This document shows positions 1 to 14,110 of a stretch of 64,000 nt of DNA, one piece after another. Below the pieces are notes generated by a model. That model saw only the letters and a list, made by a program, of their open reading frames with translations, was not told the DNA's origin and searched no databases. Every line of letters begins with the position of its first letter. The first letter of the stretch is position 1. Location of the stretch: the NCBI GenBank assembly GCA_013239625.1, contig MU053881.1:6595957-6659956 (forward strand). The letters run 5' to 3'. Made by a program: the position numbers and the translations under genes. The DNA comes from Lama guanicoe (Eukaryota).

Positions 1-577
1 CTTTGTATATATTCAGGCTGTGCCCTTAGATGAAGCTTCTATGCAGATAAATCCAGACTGGGGTTGACTTACAGGTGCTGGCTCAGTACATTTTGGCCTT
101 CTGTTTCACAGAGCACTTTTCACACTGTTTAGCTACTATGAAATTTGTGTTCTATCATTCCCATTGTATAGAGGAGAAAACTGAGGTTTGGAGAGGAAAG
201 AGAAAATATTATTCCCGTTTTTATTAGGAGAAACAGAATCAGAGATTTTATGAGATGTTCCAGAGGTCGCAAGGGCAGTAAGCAGAGAGCAAAGACTCAT
301 CTCATCATCTGATTGACAGATACTTCCTGGCATAAGGGACCATCCTGTGTCGCTCTCCTGGACCCCTCTTAGGTCTTTGTGGTTATTTCTCTGTCTTAGC
401 AAGTAAGAGGCCACATTCCTCTACCCAGGCTTCCCACACTTTCTGCACTTGGGAATTTGCAGAGCCCCATCTGTGACAGGAGGGGAGACACCAAGTAGCT
501 TCCGGGGTCCCCCTCCACATCCTCCCCTGCCTCAAGCTCTCTGCCATTCATTTAGCATTTCCAATTTTGTTTCCCTT

Positions 578-620
578 TTCTGAGCATGAGAGCAGCCTTC
601 TGAGCATGAGAGCAGCCTTC
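578..620. repeat. Perfect 20-bp tandem duplication
   Basis: (TGAGCATGAGAGCAGCCTTC)2 at 581-620, preceded by TTC. Confidence 0.95.
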
Positions 621-814
621 ACTCTGGGTGGCCAGCTGTGGGAGTCACGGAGCATATGAGTCATGGAGAGGTGCTTTTAACCTGCCCTCTAACTTCACAG
701 ACACGGCTCCTGCGGCCCGAGAGGAAATGGCTCATCCAAGGTCACACACTGGGCTTCTGGCAGAGCAGGATTAAACTCAGGTCAGTCCTGGCAATTCACT
801 ATTCTCTTCACAGC

Positions 815-1025
815 ACTATTCACTCGTTCAGCAAATGATTACTGAGTGCCTCCCAGCTGCCAGCCACTCTTCTCAGCACTGGGAATAAAGCTGTGGACAA
901 AACGTGGTGAAAGAGCAGTGAACACAGGTAGTGATGGGCACTGTGAATGAAAACAAAGCAGCGTTACAGGACTAGAGACAAACGGGTCATCAGAAGCACT
1001 GTTTTATACAGGCTGGTCAGGAAAG
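815..1025 (-). mobile_element. L2 3' fragment
   Basis: attcactcgttcagcaaatgatttactgagtgcctcccagctgccagccactct... Confidence 0.6.
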
Positions 1026-2073
1026 TCGGCAGCATCAGCAAGTGTGGAATGATGGTGAGCTTGCCAGTAAAAATACTCAGACCTGAATCCCAGCTCTGCA
1101 GTTGAACAGCTGATGAGCTGAGCAAGTTACTTCCATCCTTCAAGCCTCACTATTAAAATGGGCACAGAAGCACCCATCTCTGAGTCTCTTAGGGTCCCAG
1201 GAACCACTGCATAGAAAGCGCCTGGCTTGCAGAAGACACTCAGTAAAGTCCCCTCCTCACTTGGTCGGGGGTGGGGTTCAGCCTCCTAATGGATGTCTTT
1301 GCTTGGCTACAAGTGGGGTGCCACCTACAGAGAGCCCATATAACACTCCATTGGCCAGGGTGGCCACCTGGAAGACTTCTGTAGTTTAAGAATATGAACG
1401 ACCCAGGACTAATTAGCTGAGTTAGTTGGTCAATGCACTTGTGTGTCATGGGGCTCCGAAGCTATTTAATCTGAGAAGTGGGTGGCAACTGCTAAGCTTG
1501 GAGTGATGCTTTGATGGAATTTTCCAGATCAGAGCCCTGGCTTGAAATTCCCAGCCCTTCTGAGAGAAACAGTATCTCTCATCATGAGGCACAAGTCTCA
1601 GAGTGGCTGACTGTAAGCCTTAGGTTGGATCGTAGGAGTCTTTGAAAATGACATGTCAAAAACAAGAAACCCAAACAGCTTCCACTCATGCCTTCTCTGT
1701 GAAGCCTTCTCAGACCTCCCAGCCTGCGTCTCAAGTCCCGAAATGTTCTGTCTATAAGGGTCACTTCTATGGGATTAGGGGGTGGGGACACTGGGGGAGG
1801 AGGCACACTTTCCTTTTCACCTTATAAATCGCCTTTGTTACTGTGTGAAATATTTTTTACACTGTATACATGGATTGCTTTTATAACTTTAATGTTTTGG
1901 TTAAGAACACTACATTCTGAGTACGATAATGGAGAGCAGATGCCTTTTGTTTCATTGTGAAGCTGGTCCTGGTTAAGTCTGGTCTAGTGCGACTGGTAGT
2001 TGGTTAGTTATTTGTGTTCATTGTGGTGTTGCTTTTGTGGAATCAAACTTTTTTTTCAAACAAAACATGATAT

Positions 2074-2225
2074 TGTGGTGATCATGAGTGCTCGTCTCGA
2101 ACTATTTCTGGTTCTCCTTCCAGGCACACATTTGGATGCTCTTTTGGATCCTTTGATGTTAGGTGTGATCACGTGACTGGCATTGGCCAATCAAATGGGA
2201 ACAGGAGTGATTGTGTCCCGGGGTG
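2074..2225 (+). mobile_element. Old MaLR (MLT1) LTR fragment
   Basis: ttaggtgtgatcacgtgactggcattggccaatcaaatgggaacaggagtga. Confidence 0.5.
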
Positions 2226-3339
2226 GAGGTAATATTAGGTGCAAAATTTCCAAATTACAATTGAACAAAGTGCTACGGGGGAAAGGTATGGGATGCCGTG
2301 GGGACTGAAACAGTTAAGACCCAGCCATAAATGCAGGGCTTCTCTGTGGCGGTCCAGAAGGACGAGAATGGATGACCAGGTGACACGAGTGAGGACAGAG
2401 GGAAGGAACAGCCTCTCCAAGGACTCTGCAGTGGGATAAGGGGGGCCTGCCCTGGGAAGTGAGAGAAAGTGCCCTGGCGTGTCTGAAGACTGGGATGAGG
2501 TGAATAAGGGACTGAAGAGTGCAAGGCGAGCATAGACCATATTGTGCTGGGACTTGGGGTCCATGTCACAGTTTAAGGAATGGCAAATAGCAAAGCAAGT
2601 ACAGGACAGAGGGTTTTATTTTTGTGAGGAACCAGTGGAGAGTTATGAATTACAATATTAACCACCCAATGAGGGCTGATGTTAATCATAAGAGAAGTGA
2701 GACATCCTCAGCCCCTCCCTACTTGCTGGGACTTCGTGCAGAATGGCTTTGCAGCGCAGTTCTCTGATGGCTTTGCATCCTTCCTCTCCTGTCTGGCTTA
2801 TTGCAATAGAGAGCCTCTGTTAATCAAACCGGCCTGAGACCTTAGACTTGGTCCCAGCTGTCTGCAAGTGAGGCAAAGGGAGGAAACTCGGCTTCTCTCT
2901 ACCCGTTAATAAAACCTACAATTTGAGATACTTGAAGTTTCAGCTGGAATGCCAAGGGGCCTGGTAATTCCTATTTAGAATGCCAAAGGCTGACTCAGGC
3001 TTGGCTAGAGACCTGACTCCATGGCATGGAGAACACTATAAAGTTGGAGAAAATCTCCTAGGACTGTAAGACTTTTGCTAGCTCATCAGTAACTTCCTTC
3101 TTTATTCTTGTTTTAGTTAGCCCATGACCCTGCAGGGGGGAACAGGTCCTGGTAGTTGTAATTAAAAGGGAGAGATTTGATATGCAAAGCAGCCATGATG
3201 ATCATTGAAGCAAAGTCTAGGAAGGGAGGAAGCCATGGGCCCAGGATTAAGGATGTGGGTAACCCTGTATGCATTTCAGATTATTTCTCAGAAATATTGC
3301 TAGATGTCGAAAAACGCAGGTTTTGTAAAACAGGTAATT

Positions 3340-3394
<55 letters not shown>
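3340..3394. repeat. (TCTA)n tetranucleotide microsatellite, about 13 units
   Basis: Direct reading. Confidence 0.97.
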
Positions 3395-4936
3395 CTAGGA
3401 TAGCATACATATACACTTTAGCAGTGGTTATCTGTGCAGGTTGGGGTTTGGACAACTGTTATTATACTATATTTTCTAAACTTTCTGCAATGAGTAAGTA
3501 CAAATTTCTAATAAGAAGAAATCCATAAAGGATGTTTTAAAGTTGACTTAAAGAACAAACGTGGTGAAGCTGAGAAGCCCTGGTCCTGGGGCTGGGTGGA
3601 GCCCAGAGATCAGTGCTGACACAGTACCCCTTCTTTGCGGAGGGGCCTGGGAAGTCAGGCGGTTGAGGATGGAGTGCCCCTGGCTTGGAGATCTTCACGT
3701 AGCCTTGGCAACACGTTACATTTATCAATCTCAGCTTCAGCATAGGGAAATGGTGGGAACAATCTCTACCTTTTAGGGCTCTTGTGAGATTTCAGTGAGT
3801 TAATGAATGAGGGTGCAACTGGCGGGGAGGACAGGCTCAGTGGGTGCTGAACAGTTCCTGGTAACTCTTCCCTGACCCGTGAAGAAAAAAGACACAGCTG
3901 GCTAGAGGCAGTGGTTTGGACAGGATGCCCTCTGGTCTGGAGGAGGCATTTTGCAGACATCAGGGGATGGGAGTGAGGAGCTAGGAGGTGTTCCATTTAT
4001 CAGGACAGTAGCTGACATTTCAGAGGTATTTCCTAGGTACCAGCTCACCATCTAGTGCTTCACGTACCTTGTCTCACGTAACCCTCCCCAAACCCCGTGA
4101 ACTCCACACTGCCACCCTTTTAAAGACAGAGCACCTGAGACTCAGGGATTTAAGGTAATCTTCCCAAGGCCGCACGGTTAGTAAATGACAGACTTGAGAC
4201 TCAAATCCAGGCCTGCTGGGTGCCGAGACCCATGTTAACTGCTGTGTTGTATCTCCTGGCTTTTATAACCACCTAGGACTGGGTGAAAATTCCAGCTTTG
4301 CCACTTGGATATGACCTAACCCATGTCTCATGGGGGCCAGATGTGACAGACCTGTGCCAGGCACACAGCAGTGCTTGCCATGCGGTGGCTCCCTTGCTCC
4401 CACATCTGGGTCCCCAGGAGGACATCCCCACAGCTTTCTGGTCTTCTGAGGAAGTTTCTCAAAGCTACGCTGCTGAAAAAGCAATTTTTGCTGTAGCTGT
4501 GTGGATAGATTTTTAATATTTAATTAGGAAGACCTTCTTCTTGGAGAGAGGGCAGGACTTGTTATTAAATCCCTGCTGCTTGGTCTCCCTCACTTGCCCG
4601 TGGGATTATTCATTCATTTCCAGTCACACAATTTAATATTGCAACAGCTAATGGGGAGATGTTGATAATTTGTAAAACTGGTTGGTCCCGAGGCCACTGG
4701 AGAAGCTCCATGCCTGGGCCTGATGTGGGGGCTCAAGCAGACTCTCCGGAGAGAGGGTCCCCGGGAGCTTCCTGTTCATTATCCGCAAACATTTGTGAGT
4801 GCCTTCTGAGATGCCATGTTGGGAGCCATGGGGATGGGAAAGATGCTCACTGCACAGCTGCATCCTCAAGGAGCCAGGACGCTAGGATACCTGAATGCAT
4901 TAAAGGGCTTTTGTGGTAGAATTTGTACCTGAGATT

Positions 4937-5487
4937 TGTCAGGTACGTTAAGACACACAGACATGAAAATGACTGTCATGAAGGAAGAAATTTATACTCA
5001 GAGATCCCGAGAAACAGGAGGCATGGCATACCAATGCAGGGCCACAGAGGGAGGCACCAGGGTCAGTCAGGAGGCAGAGATGGATGAGGAGGGAGAGTGG
5101 TTCAGAGCCTTTACTGGGGTTTTTCTGGGAAGGAATGGGCAGGGCGGGATAAGTATGCTGAGTAAACTTAGGATCGGAAAGTGTGAATAACTGTGGCAGC
5201 CGCTGGGCTGCAGCGGTGGTCCCTAGCTGTCTGGTACCTGGCCCCGAGGTGATTTAGGGCAGAGGGAAGACTGGCTTGGTGTGTGAGAGTTAGATAAAGG
5301 AGATGGTTGGGGTCTGGGCTCTGGATTGGGTGGCCTGCATACAAAGGCCCACCTCCAGGGTAGTCATTTGCTATCTCTAGGAATTAGCTAGTTCCGGGGG
5401 TTGGAGTGGGGGGTGGTTAGTCTGTCCAGGATGAAGGCTCGAAATGCCAGAGCATCAAGAATGCAGAAAATATGAAAATATAGTTAG
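4937..5487 (-). mobile_element. ERVL-type LTR, MER74-like
   Basis: Reverse complement reads ...ttttctgcattcttgatgctctggcat...ctagctaattcctagagatagcaaatgact..., resembling the remembered MER74 consensus. Confidence 0.65.
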
Positions 5488-5691
5488 TGGAGTTTGATTT
5501 TTGCAGTTAGATAGACGTGGGTTAAAATGCCTACTTTGACATTTCCTGGCTGGGGCACTGGGCATGAACCTCCCTGGGACTCAATTCTACGTCTCAGTGT
5601 TTCCCCCAAGGACCACTGCAAAGCTTTCAGCCTTCAGCCTGTAGGCTCAGCCCTACCAATGGAATCTCTCCATGAAAAGGGCAACACAGGG

Positions 5692-6150
5692 GTAGGGGAG
5701 TGGGAGTTATGAACTATTGAGTGTAAGACAGACTACAAGGATGTATTGTACAACACAGGGAATACAGCCAATATGTTGTAAGAACTGTAAATGGAGTATA
5801 ACCTTTAAAAATTGTATGAAAGAAATAGTTGCCCCAAACCAGAAACTCACCCAAGTATCCATCAACAGTAAAACAAACAACAAATTGTTAGCGTAGTCAC
5901 ACAATGAAATGCTATACAGTGATGTGAATAAGTTGACTATAGCAGCACCCAGCAATATGGATGAATACAGAGCCCCAAACCAAATAAGATTAATCTATTC
6001 TGTTAGAAGTCAGGATAGTGGTTATCCCCGGGGAGTGGTGACTGGAGTGGAGGGAAAAGGGGGCTTCTGGGATGCTGTAATGGTCTTTCCCATGCAGAAA
6101 AAATCTGCACGTGAGTTACATGGGTTCTGGTGCATATTTCGGTAAAAGGT
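5692..6150 (+). mobile_element. L1 3'-end fragments (a younger piece followed by an older L1M piece)
   Basis: gtattgtacaacacagggaatacagccaata... then ccccaaaccagaaac...ccatcaacag...gaagtcaggatagtggtta. Confidence 0.7.
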
Positions 6151-9100
6151 TTTTTTTTTTTTTTTGGTTTGCTTTTTAAGTAGATGCAGAGGAAAGACCA
6201 GCTAAGAGAGTGTTGCAACTGGATGAGAGACAATATTAACTTTGAGGGAGACCCACGAGAAGTAGATAGATGTTGAATCTCTCTGGCAGAGAGAATCCAC
6301 CGGACTTGCTGATGTAGTGGACAGGGCTGTGAGGGAAAAGGATGCGGAGGTGACAAGGAAGATTCTCCAGGCTGGAGCAGTTGTGTGAGTGGTGGCACTG
6401 TGTTGTGCAGTGGGGAAGGCTGGGAGAGAGCTGCCACATTTCTTTCTGTACCCGTGACCCCAGCAAGGGGCTGTTGCAGAGGTTGGATGTGGTTAATGCC
6501 GACTTATCTTTGGCCATTATAAGTCAATAACCTAATGATTAGTGCTGGGAGAACAGCGAGTTACCACCCTGTGTTCTACACATTTCATCTTCTTAGGATC
6601 GTTCAGAGCTATTTGCTCTCCAAATTCAACAGCTTTCTGTGGAAGGGTTCATGGATGTTTGTCAAATGGACAGAAGATGCCTATTCTCCTTACAGTTACA
6701 GTGCCAGCTTATGTGCATAGGCACATATATGTAACAGTTCCATATGTTCCTCATGATTCTAGATGTTGAGAAAAGGACATTTAAAGGAGCTTCTCAGTGC
6801 AAGTTGCTATGTTCAGTACATTTCATACCTTGCATCATATATTCCTTAAATGACCTCATGAGGATTACTTTATAAATAACTCATTTTCTGGGTCATTAGG
6901 GCTTGGTTATTAGTCATCAAGTGACAGAGTTAGAATTTGAATTATGTTTATTTTTGATGTTGCCACGTTGCTTCTGTCTGATCAGAGATGAGGGTCTGGG
7001 GATCATGAGGACATCTCCCCATCAGCTTCCATGATGACAGGAGGGAGCCCTGATGCTCAGAAAGTGCTTGGAGATCTCCAGATAAGAGCAGTTCTCAGGT
7101 TCTGTTGTGCCCTTCTTAAGAAAACATTTACTCATGATGTCTCTTTATAGAACAATAAAAATGAACCATCTGTGATTCATTGGGGAACATATCTCAGGCT
7201 TATTAAAAATATATGAATTTTTACTTTAAGACGGGATGGCCGTGTTATTCAAAATTGTAAGCCAAAATGTATTATATATTATTAATTTATTTTTAATAGA
7301 CATCTTTCTTATAGATTAGCTTTCTAATTATTTCTGAAAAAGTGGGCAGCAGCAAGGCGAGGTTTCCAATTAAAATTGTCCTGAAGATAAATTGAGGTCT
7401 CTGGCTGAGAGCACTTCAGCCTTTTCCCCATCTGGGAGCAGGAGCATCTGTCATCCTGGAGGGGCAGGGCTGGGATTCTCATTTGTGCTCGATCTGCCCC
7501 CAAGAGTTTGAGGTTCTCCTCGGAGCGGGCTGGGGTGCTTCCAGCCGTGATTCCTGCAAAGGCACCATCCAAGAGTCACGTGGGTGAAGGCGAGCCATCA
7601 GGACAGACTGCCTCCTGCCTGCCTCTTGCTGCCTCTCTCCTTCCAGCCACCTGCCCTTTCTAAGGCCCCCACGCTTTCTGCTTCCTAACCTCTCCCCCAA
7701 GCAAAAACCGCAGCGTGCCTGCGGCAGCTGTTATGACAGCTCATGTAATGTGGTGACAGGAGAATGTATGGGTCTTTCAAACGCTTCATGTAATGATAAA
7801 AATAGATAGTTGATTGAAGCTCATTCATGTCGATTCAAATCAGGTTGTGTTGACTGAGGCTTCTGAGGTCAGATGCTTGCATCTGTAAAGCTGGGTAAGT
7901 GGAAAGCATTGGATGCTGGCCCCCAGGGGGTGTGACTTGAATTCCACACCGGTCACACACTAGTTATGTTGCTTCTCCAATTAGGTCACCTGCCCGAAGG
8001 CATTTCCTTGTATGTCAAGGACACTCATTTCTTCTCAAGTGTTAGGTGGGTCCCCAGGACCTGGCGCACTGTAGGTGAGCAGCAGGTGTGGCTCGTTTCC
8101 TTTCCTCTCCCGCCTATTCCTGTGTGAAGAGCTGGCGTGGTGAACTGAGCTCCAGGTCTAACCTGCCTGGGAGTCAATCTGGCACCATCGTTAAGGGACA
8201 ACACATGGCAGGGCTGGCTTGACCCCTCGGGGGCCAGCACAGGGCAAAGGACACTGAATCACAACCCTCCACCCGGGTTCAGTGTTCCCTGCTGGGCTGG
8301 GCATTTCCAGTCCCTGGGTTTCGATTCCTTCTGCAGTAGAAAAAGGAGGGAGGGCAACCAGGGTGCTGCGTTTCTACTTTTCTGGCCTTAGGCAGTTCTC
8401 TCTATATTTTTAGTTTATTAATCAATTATGAATCTAGTCTCTAGAAACTTCTCTAAAGTCACCTTAAACCTATGCTATGTTCAATTCATATTAATTTCCT
8501 CTTAAGACACCAAGTTTCATTAAGTTGATTTTGGCTAAGTCAAATTTCTTTCAACCCATCCTAGTTTACCTCTTTTAATCTAATTTTAGTATGTTTAGGA
8601 TTGGCTCAGCCTTTTTATTTATTTTTTAACATATAAGCATGTCTGTGCTCTCCATATTCAGATTTTAAGGAAGAGAAGATTTATATAAAAGGAGTTTAAT
8701 GAATTCTTACTATGTAATGACATGGTAAGTGCTTTCACATTTGTTAATCTTTTATCTTCCCAGCAATCATGGAAGGTGATACTGGTATTCCCAGTTTGCC
8801 ATTGATTAAGCTAAGGCTCAGAAAACTTAAGTGACTCTCCCAGGGTCCCACAGAGAGTAAGCACTTGCACTGGGATCTGGAGCTGGCTCGCTCTGTGATG
8901 TAATGTTGCTTACACAATGTTGCAACAGAATTTTGCAATGTTGTAATGTTGTGCCCAGCTTCCTTCTGCCTTCCTTTTCCTCTTTACACATTGGAGAGAT
9001 GGAAATTATTACTCCTGGACTTGCTCAGCATTGATTCTTTGCTTCTCCAGGCGTGGAGGATTTTTTTTTTAAAGCCTCATGTCTTGTCTGAAAAAGCTTG

Positions 9101-9625
9101 GATTGGAGACTCTAAAGCAGGGGTCCTCCAGAGCTCCCATCTAGCAGCCTGCTTCTTTTCTGTTGCACTTGGCCTCTGTGGAATCTTAGGATAAAGCCGT
9201 GAGTGCTGCAGCTTAATGCAGACCTGACTGAATAATAGCCCATACATTTAATACCATGCATGTTTAATTGCATCTGGCCAATGAGTGCGTTTCATGTTTG
9301 GGGATCTTTACTTAGGTGGTTCTTGGGGAAAACTGAGGGCATGTATATCAAGCAATTTTTGAATTATGTCTCTATTAGCATCTGCGAATGTCTCCCCAGG
9401 GAAGCCAGGAAAGCTCTATTAGCCGAGCAGTTTAAAACAGGATTGGAGGAAGCAGAGGGGGAGCATCCCATAGGGAACAATAATTACAAGCAGCACTTCC
9501 ATGTAAACAGGTCTTAATGTGCTTTCTATATTGAATTCCTGAGAGTGAGACTCTGGGGTGGTATCTCAGCGCCTCCTCCAGGGCCGCACCCTAAACTGCT
9601 GGGAACTGAGGCAGAAGACTCAGCA

Positions 9626-9650
9626 CCCCCCCCCCCCCCCCCCCCCCCCC
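9626..9650. repeat. C25 homopolymer
   Basis: Direct reading. Confidence 0.95.
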
Positions 9651-11488
9651 GGCCCCCTGGGCACCAGAAGCCTCTCAGACCATGGCAATGCTGAGCTGTA
9701 GGCAACATGACAATGGCATTGTTATGTGACCTTGAGGAAGTCACCTTGGGCAAGTCACTTCCTCTGTTTGGGCCCTTGTAGAATATTTATAAAGTGTTAA
9801 CACTAAGCCAAATGCCTTCATACAATTTATTTCAATTAATTCTCCCAATATCCTGCAAAATGGGCTATATTACCCCATTTTACAGATTAGGAGTTAAGTA
9901 CCTTGCCCAAAGTTGTTAGCAAATGACAGAGCTGGGATTTAAATTATGGCCTCTGACTCCAACTTGAGGGTTATTTCCATGACATCAGATCATTTCTATG
10001 TTCTTTAGGGTGTTCTCAGGCTAAATAGTCTATAAAATATACCTTTTTTTTGTACCAGAAACTTGGTGATCTTACCCTGGCTTTTCCAACACTCTGTCAA
10101 CTTATTTATACTCTAGCAGCCACGGGAAAAGATATATCGCTCATTGGTTCTGTGTTTTATTTATGGCTGCTGCTGGTTCCAGTATTCTAGGGGTTATGGC
10201 TCAGGCCTGCTGTACCCATAAAGCATCCTAACTGATGGTGGGTTGTCATAGTGATAGTGCCATAGAGAAACGCTGGGGTCCTGGCTGGATCACATCCCGT
10301 CTGTCTACCTTGAAAGCACGTTCATGGGTCTTCTTACATAAAGTAGAATCATGAGATCGTTGCAACTTCAAGGTTGAATAGACCTTAGTTATCATCCAGT
10401 GGTTTTCAAATTCACGTAAAGGCAAGGAATTCTTTAATCAAGGGAAATTTTTTCGGCAGCTAAGTATGTAAAATAGATGAAAGCAATCAGATGCTGGGGT
10501 TAAAGTGAGAGATAAGAAGAATGTTGTTTTTCTTCTTCAAATCCCATATGGTGGTCCTTCAAAAGATTTTGCAATTCACCATTCGGAAATCAGTGATCTA
10601 ATTCAACCTGTTTGTTTTGAAGTTGGCTAGGGTGAGCCCAGTGAGGGACACTGATGTGCATGAGGGACGGGGCTGAGGCTGGAGTCCAAGTCTACTGTCA
10701 TGCCACCTGGGGCTCTTTTCTCAATCATGTAGAGATGGCAATGAGAATGCCCCAGGATGGGGCTGGAAGGATTCTGGGACCTTTGCTATAAATAGGGAAG
10801 GTCACTAATTTGTGCATTAATCCATTCATTCATCAGCTTTTACTGAGAATCTATTTGTCAAGTAGTAGAACTTGCTCTATTCTTGGAATATTCTCTGAAA
10901 TATCAGGGGCTTACCCCAGGGCAGGCCAGAGTGGGAATAGCAAGCTTCTGTCCATATTTAGGATGTATATTAGGAAGGGAGTAGAGAGGTTTGGAGAAGG
11001 AGCCAGGTTTGTGGAAGGCCCACAGGAGAAGAGCGAGAAGTAATTCTGTGTATGGTATGGGATGGATGTGCAGTCTTTCCTGGAGAAGTCAGAAGCCTTT
11101 GTCTTGGGCCGCCAAATGCATTCAAGGTGTGAGAGGAAGCTTTGGAGATAAATCCCTGGGTCCATCATTCATTCAGCACTTCCTGAGCATCTGCTATGTG
11201 TTGGGCACTGTGCTGGGCAGAAGGGATGTATGGTGAGCAGGGCGGACATAACCACTGCCTTCATGAGTTAGCTCTTTCCAAGTCTCCCTTTTGTGGGATA
11301 AAGAGATCTGCTCACTCATTTAACAAGTGTTTGTTCTTAGTGCCACAACTGACTATCTTCTTCACGTTGGTTCCCTCAGGAGGTATAGCTTAGAGTGACT
11401 CCTGAGGGCACAGGTCACCCCAACCATCTTCTCGCTAGTTTTTAAAATAAGCAAATGTGAAAGCAGCTAACAGTCTAAAACCAATATA

Positions 11489-11810
11489 CCGTTGTCCCTC
11501 AGTGTCCACAGGGAGATTGGTTCCAGGCCACTCCTCCTCCAGCAGATACCCAAATCCACAGATGGTCAAGTCCCTTGTATAGTAGATGGAACAGTATTTG
11601 CATGTAACCTATGCACCTTCTCCTGTATACTTTAAATCGTCTCTAGATTGCTTATAATACCAAATACAATGTAAGTGCTATGCAAATAGTTGCTCAAGTG
11701 TGGCAGATTCAGCTTTTGCTTTGGGGAATTTTCTAGAATTTTTTTCAAATATTTTCTGTCTGCAATTGATTTCTGCACATGTGGAACCCCCAGATATGGA
11801 GGGCCATCTG
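11489..11810 (+). mobile_element. MER2 (TcMar-Tigger non-autonomous DNA transposon)
   Basis: c(a/c)gttgtccctc...ggattggttccagg...aaatccacagatg...tatactttaaat...ctctagatt...gagggccatctg, with degenerate terminal inverted repeats and flanking TA dinucleotides. Confidence 0.85.
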
Positions 11811-13955
11811 TACTATGTTAGTATCACAATTAAAACAAAAAAAAGAGTTTACTCGAGTTCTTCACACACAAATTTCACTGACAAAATGATTGCCTAAGCA
11901 GGGAACCATTTTTCAAAAGTGGTTCAAAATCAGTCTGGGTGCAGAAGGAATGGGAACATAGGCTAGATAAATTTTGATGGAAATGGATTAAAAGCAGGGA
12001 GGTCAGAGAGACAATGAATGGAGAGATCAACCCAGCTGGGTGTCACATAGAAAGGTCTGAGTAGCAGGAGAGAGCTCTGGGGCCTGGGGCCAGCCAGAGA
12101 GAAGACCAGGGGCACAGAGAGGGAAGGTGAAGGTAGAGAGGAGGAATCTATGGGCAAATTTGACTTTTTAACCTTTGAATGTCGCCTTGAGGGAAGTAAA
12201 GGAACACTACTGCAGTGCTTACTTACTTCCAGGGCATTGGATCAATGAAGCACTGTGTTGAATACACTAAACAAGTGACTGTGTTGGTGACACTGAACTC
12301 TTTATTTTGGAAAACCTCAAATACCCAGCCTGAGAGATGCCTAACAGGGTAACTGGATAGACTGTTTTTTTGTTTTGTTCTGTTTTGTTTTTTTACAGCC
12401 AGGTTTGTGGACACTGGAGACAAAGGCTGGGTTCCTCCCTGGGGCTGGTTTTGCCTGGGGACAATGGTGTTCTGGCCACAGCGCAAGTGCAGGACAGTTC
12501 GCTGTGACTTTCCTTTGCAATGTAGAATCTCTAGAGATTGAAGCACGAAGAGCAGTTGGTAAACTGCTAATTAGCTAAGCTGACTCCTCAAGGCTTGTGA
12601 TTACAGGATGTTAAGTTACTGGACATCCAAGTGAACCACAGAGAATCAAGTGATCACCTCGAAACTTAAATCTCCTTCCGGTCACTGCCCCCTCCCCTCC
12701 CTCCCTTTCTCGCTCCCTCTCACCTCCTCATCTTTCCTTCCTGCCACTGCTGACCATGTCTCTCTCCCCTCCCCTCTTCTCTTCTACCTCTCATCTTCCT
12801 ATCTTGCTTCTCCTCTTCTTCTTTCTTTGTAGTTGAAAATATTATGGATTTTTTAAGTAGGTTAATTTTATTCCTTAAATGGAATTTATATTCCCTTTTC
12901 TTATTATAAAAATCAGGATGGTGGTCCTTCTGTGTCAGTACCCAGGAATCTGCATCATTATCTTTAGCTTCTGAGCACTGGTGTCACACCAGTGCCATAG
13001 GGATATGAGTGGCATTGTATCTGTATTGGAAGGGATTGTCTTCAAAAGGGATAATTCGTGTATTTATTACTTGTGTAATTACTATGTATATTAATAGGAA
13101 AACACGTTTTTACAAGTCAAGTGGGTTGAACATTTTATGTTTCTCTTGCTTTGAAGAACCTCAAAGCCAGTCACATGCAGTTGCTTTGATTTGTATGTGG
13201 ACTTGCTCAGAATCTATGATCTTGGATGGAAAAAGAAATTTTTAGAAGTTTATCATGCTGGCTATGGCAGTTTGCAAAATACTAGAAATTCTATACCAGC
13301 AAATCTTGTGTGTCTTTGCACTGGGTTTGGGGAGATTTTTCTCAGCTGCAGAATGGGTGTGGGGAGAAGGTGGGCAGGTGGCAGAGTGGGACCTGCAGTC
13401 GGTGTCGTTTTGTTGGTCAGGCTGGGGGTCTTCAGGCTGTGGCTGAATTAGAGAGTGGCTGCTTAAGCCTGGGAACCTCTAGATAGCCATCGGAGATCTA
13501 AATACTGGGAAGGCTGCTGACCACAGAATGCATTCTCCTGATTAGGGGGGAGGAGGTCCTAGCTGTCCTTTTGCTGGTCATACAAGTAGACAAGTTTTAG
13601 AGAAAGAACTGGGCGCTGACCCAGAGCAGGAGACGGGGTTGTCCTCATGGGGAATGAGAGGCCTGAGGAAACCCCTCTCCTTGACCTTGAAAGAGGTATT
13701 TCTGGGAACATCATATAACCCTTGAAAATGTAAAAATGATAGTATAATAACAGACTTGGTAGGTAGAAAGATGGGAGAAGTAGAGGAAGTAAAAATGCCC
13801 TTGTCTTCTAATATTTCAGAGAAGGTGGGCAATAGATACTCCTTGAAGCCAGCATTTAAGTAATCAAGGATTAAGCGTGCCATTTAAAGTATAACTAAAT
13901 CTACATTGGAAGTGAGAACAGCTAACCAAACCTGGAGACAGAAAGAGGGGAAAGA

Positions 13956-14110
13956 AACAACAAGGATGTATCACATAGCACAGGGAATTAAGCCATTATC
14001 TTGTAATAACATTTAATAGAGTATAATCTGTAAAAATACCGAATCACTATGCTGGACACCTGAAACTAATATAATACTGTAAATCAACTATACTTCAATA
14101 AAAAAAAAAG
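13956..14110 (+). mobile_element. Short L1 3' end
   Basis: atagcacagggaat...gaatcactatgctggacacctgaaactaatataatactgtaaatcaactatacttcaataaaaaaaaaa. Confidence 0.85.

Noticed and set aside
7324..7572. 82-aa minus-strand ORF as another KChIP first exon
   Set aside because: No convincing donor and no similarity to KChIP N-termini that I know.
12975..12995. Perfect 10-bp-arm palindrome GCACTGGTGT-C-ACACCAGTGC
   Set aside because: One such short inverted repeat is plausible by chance in 64 kb, and there is no supporting context.
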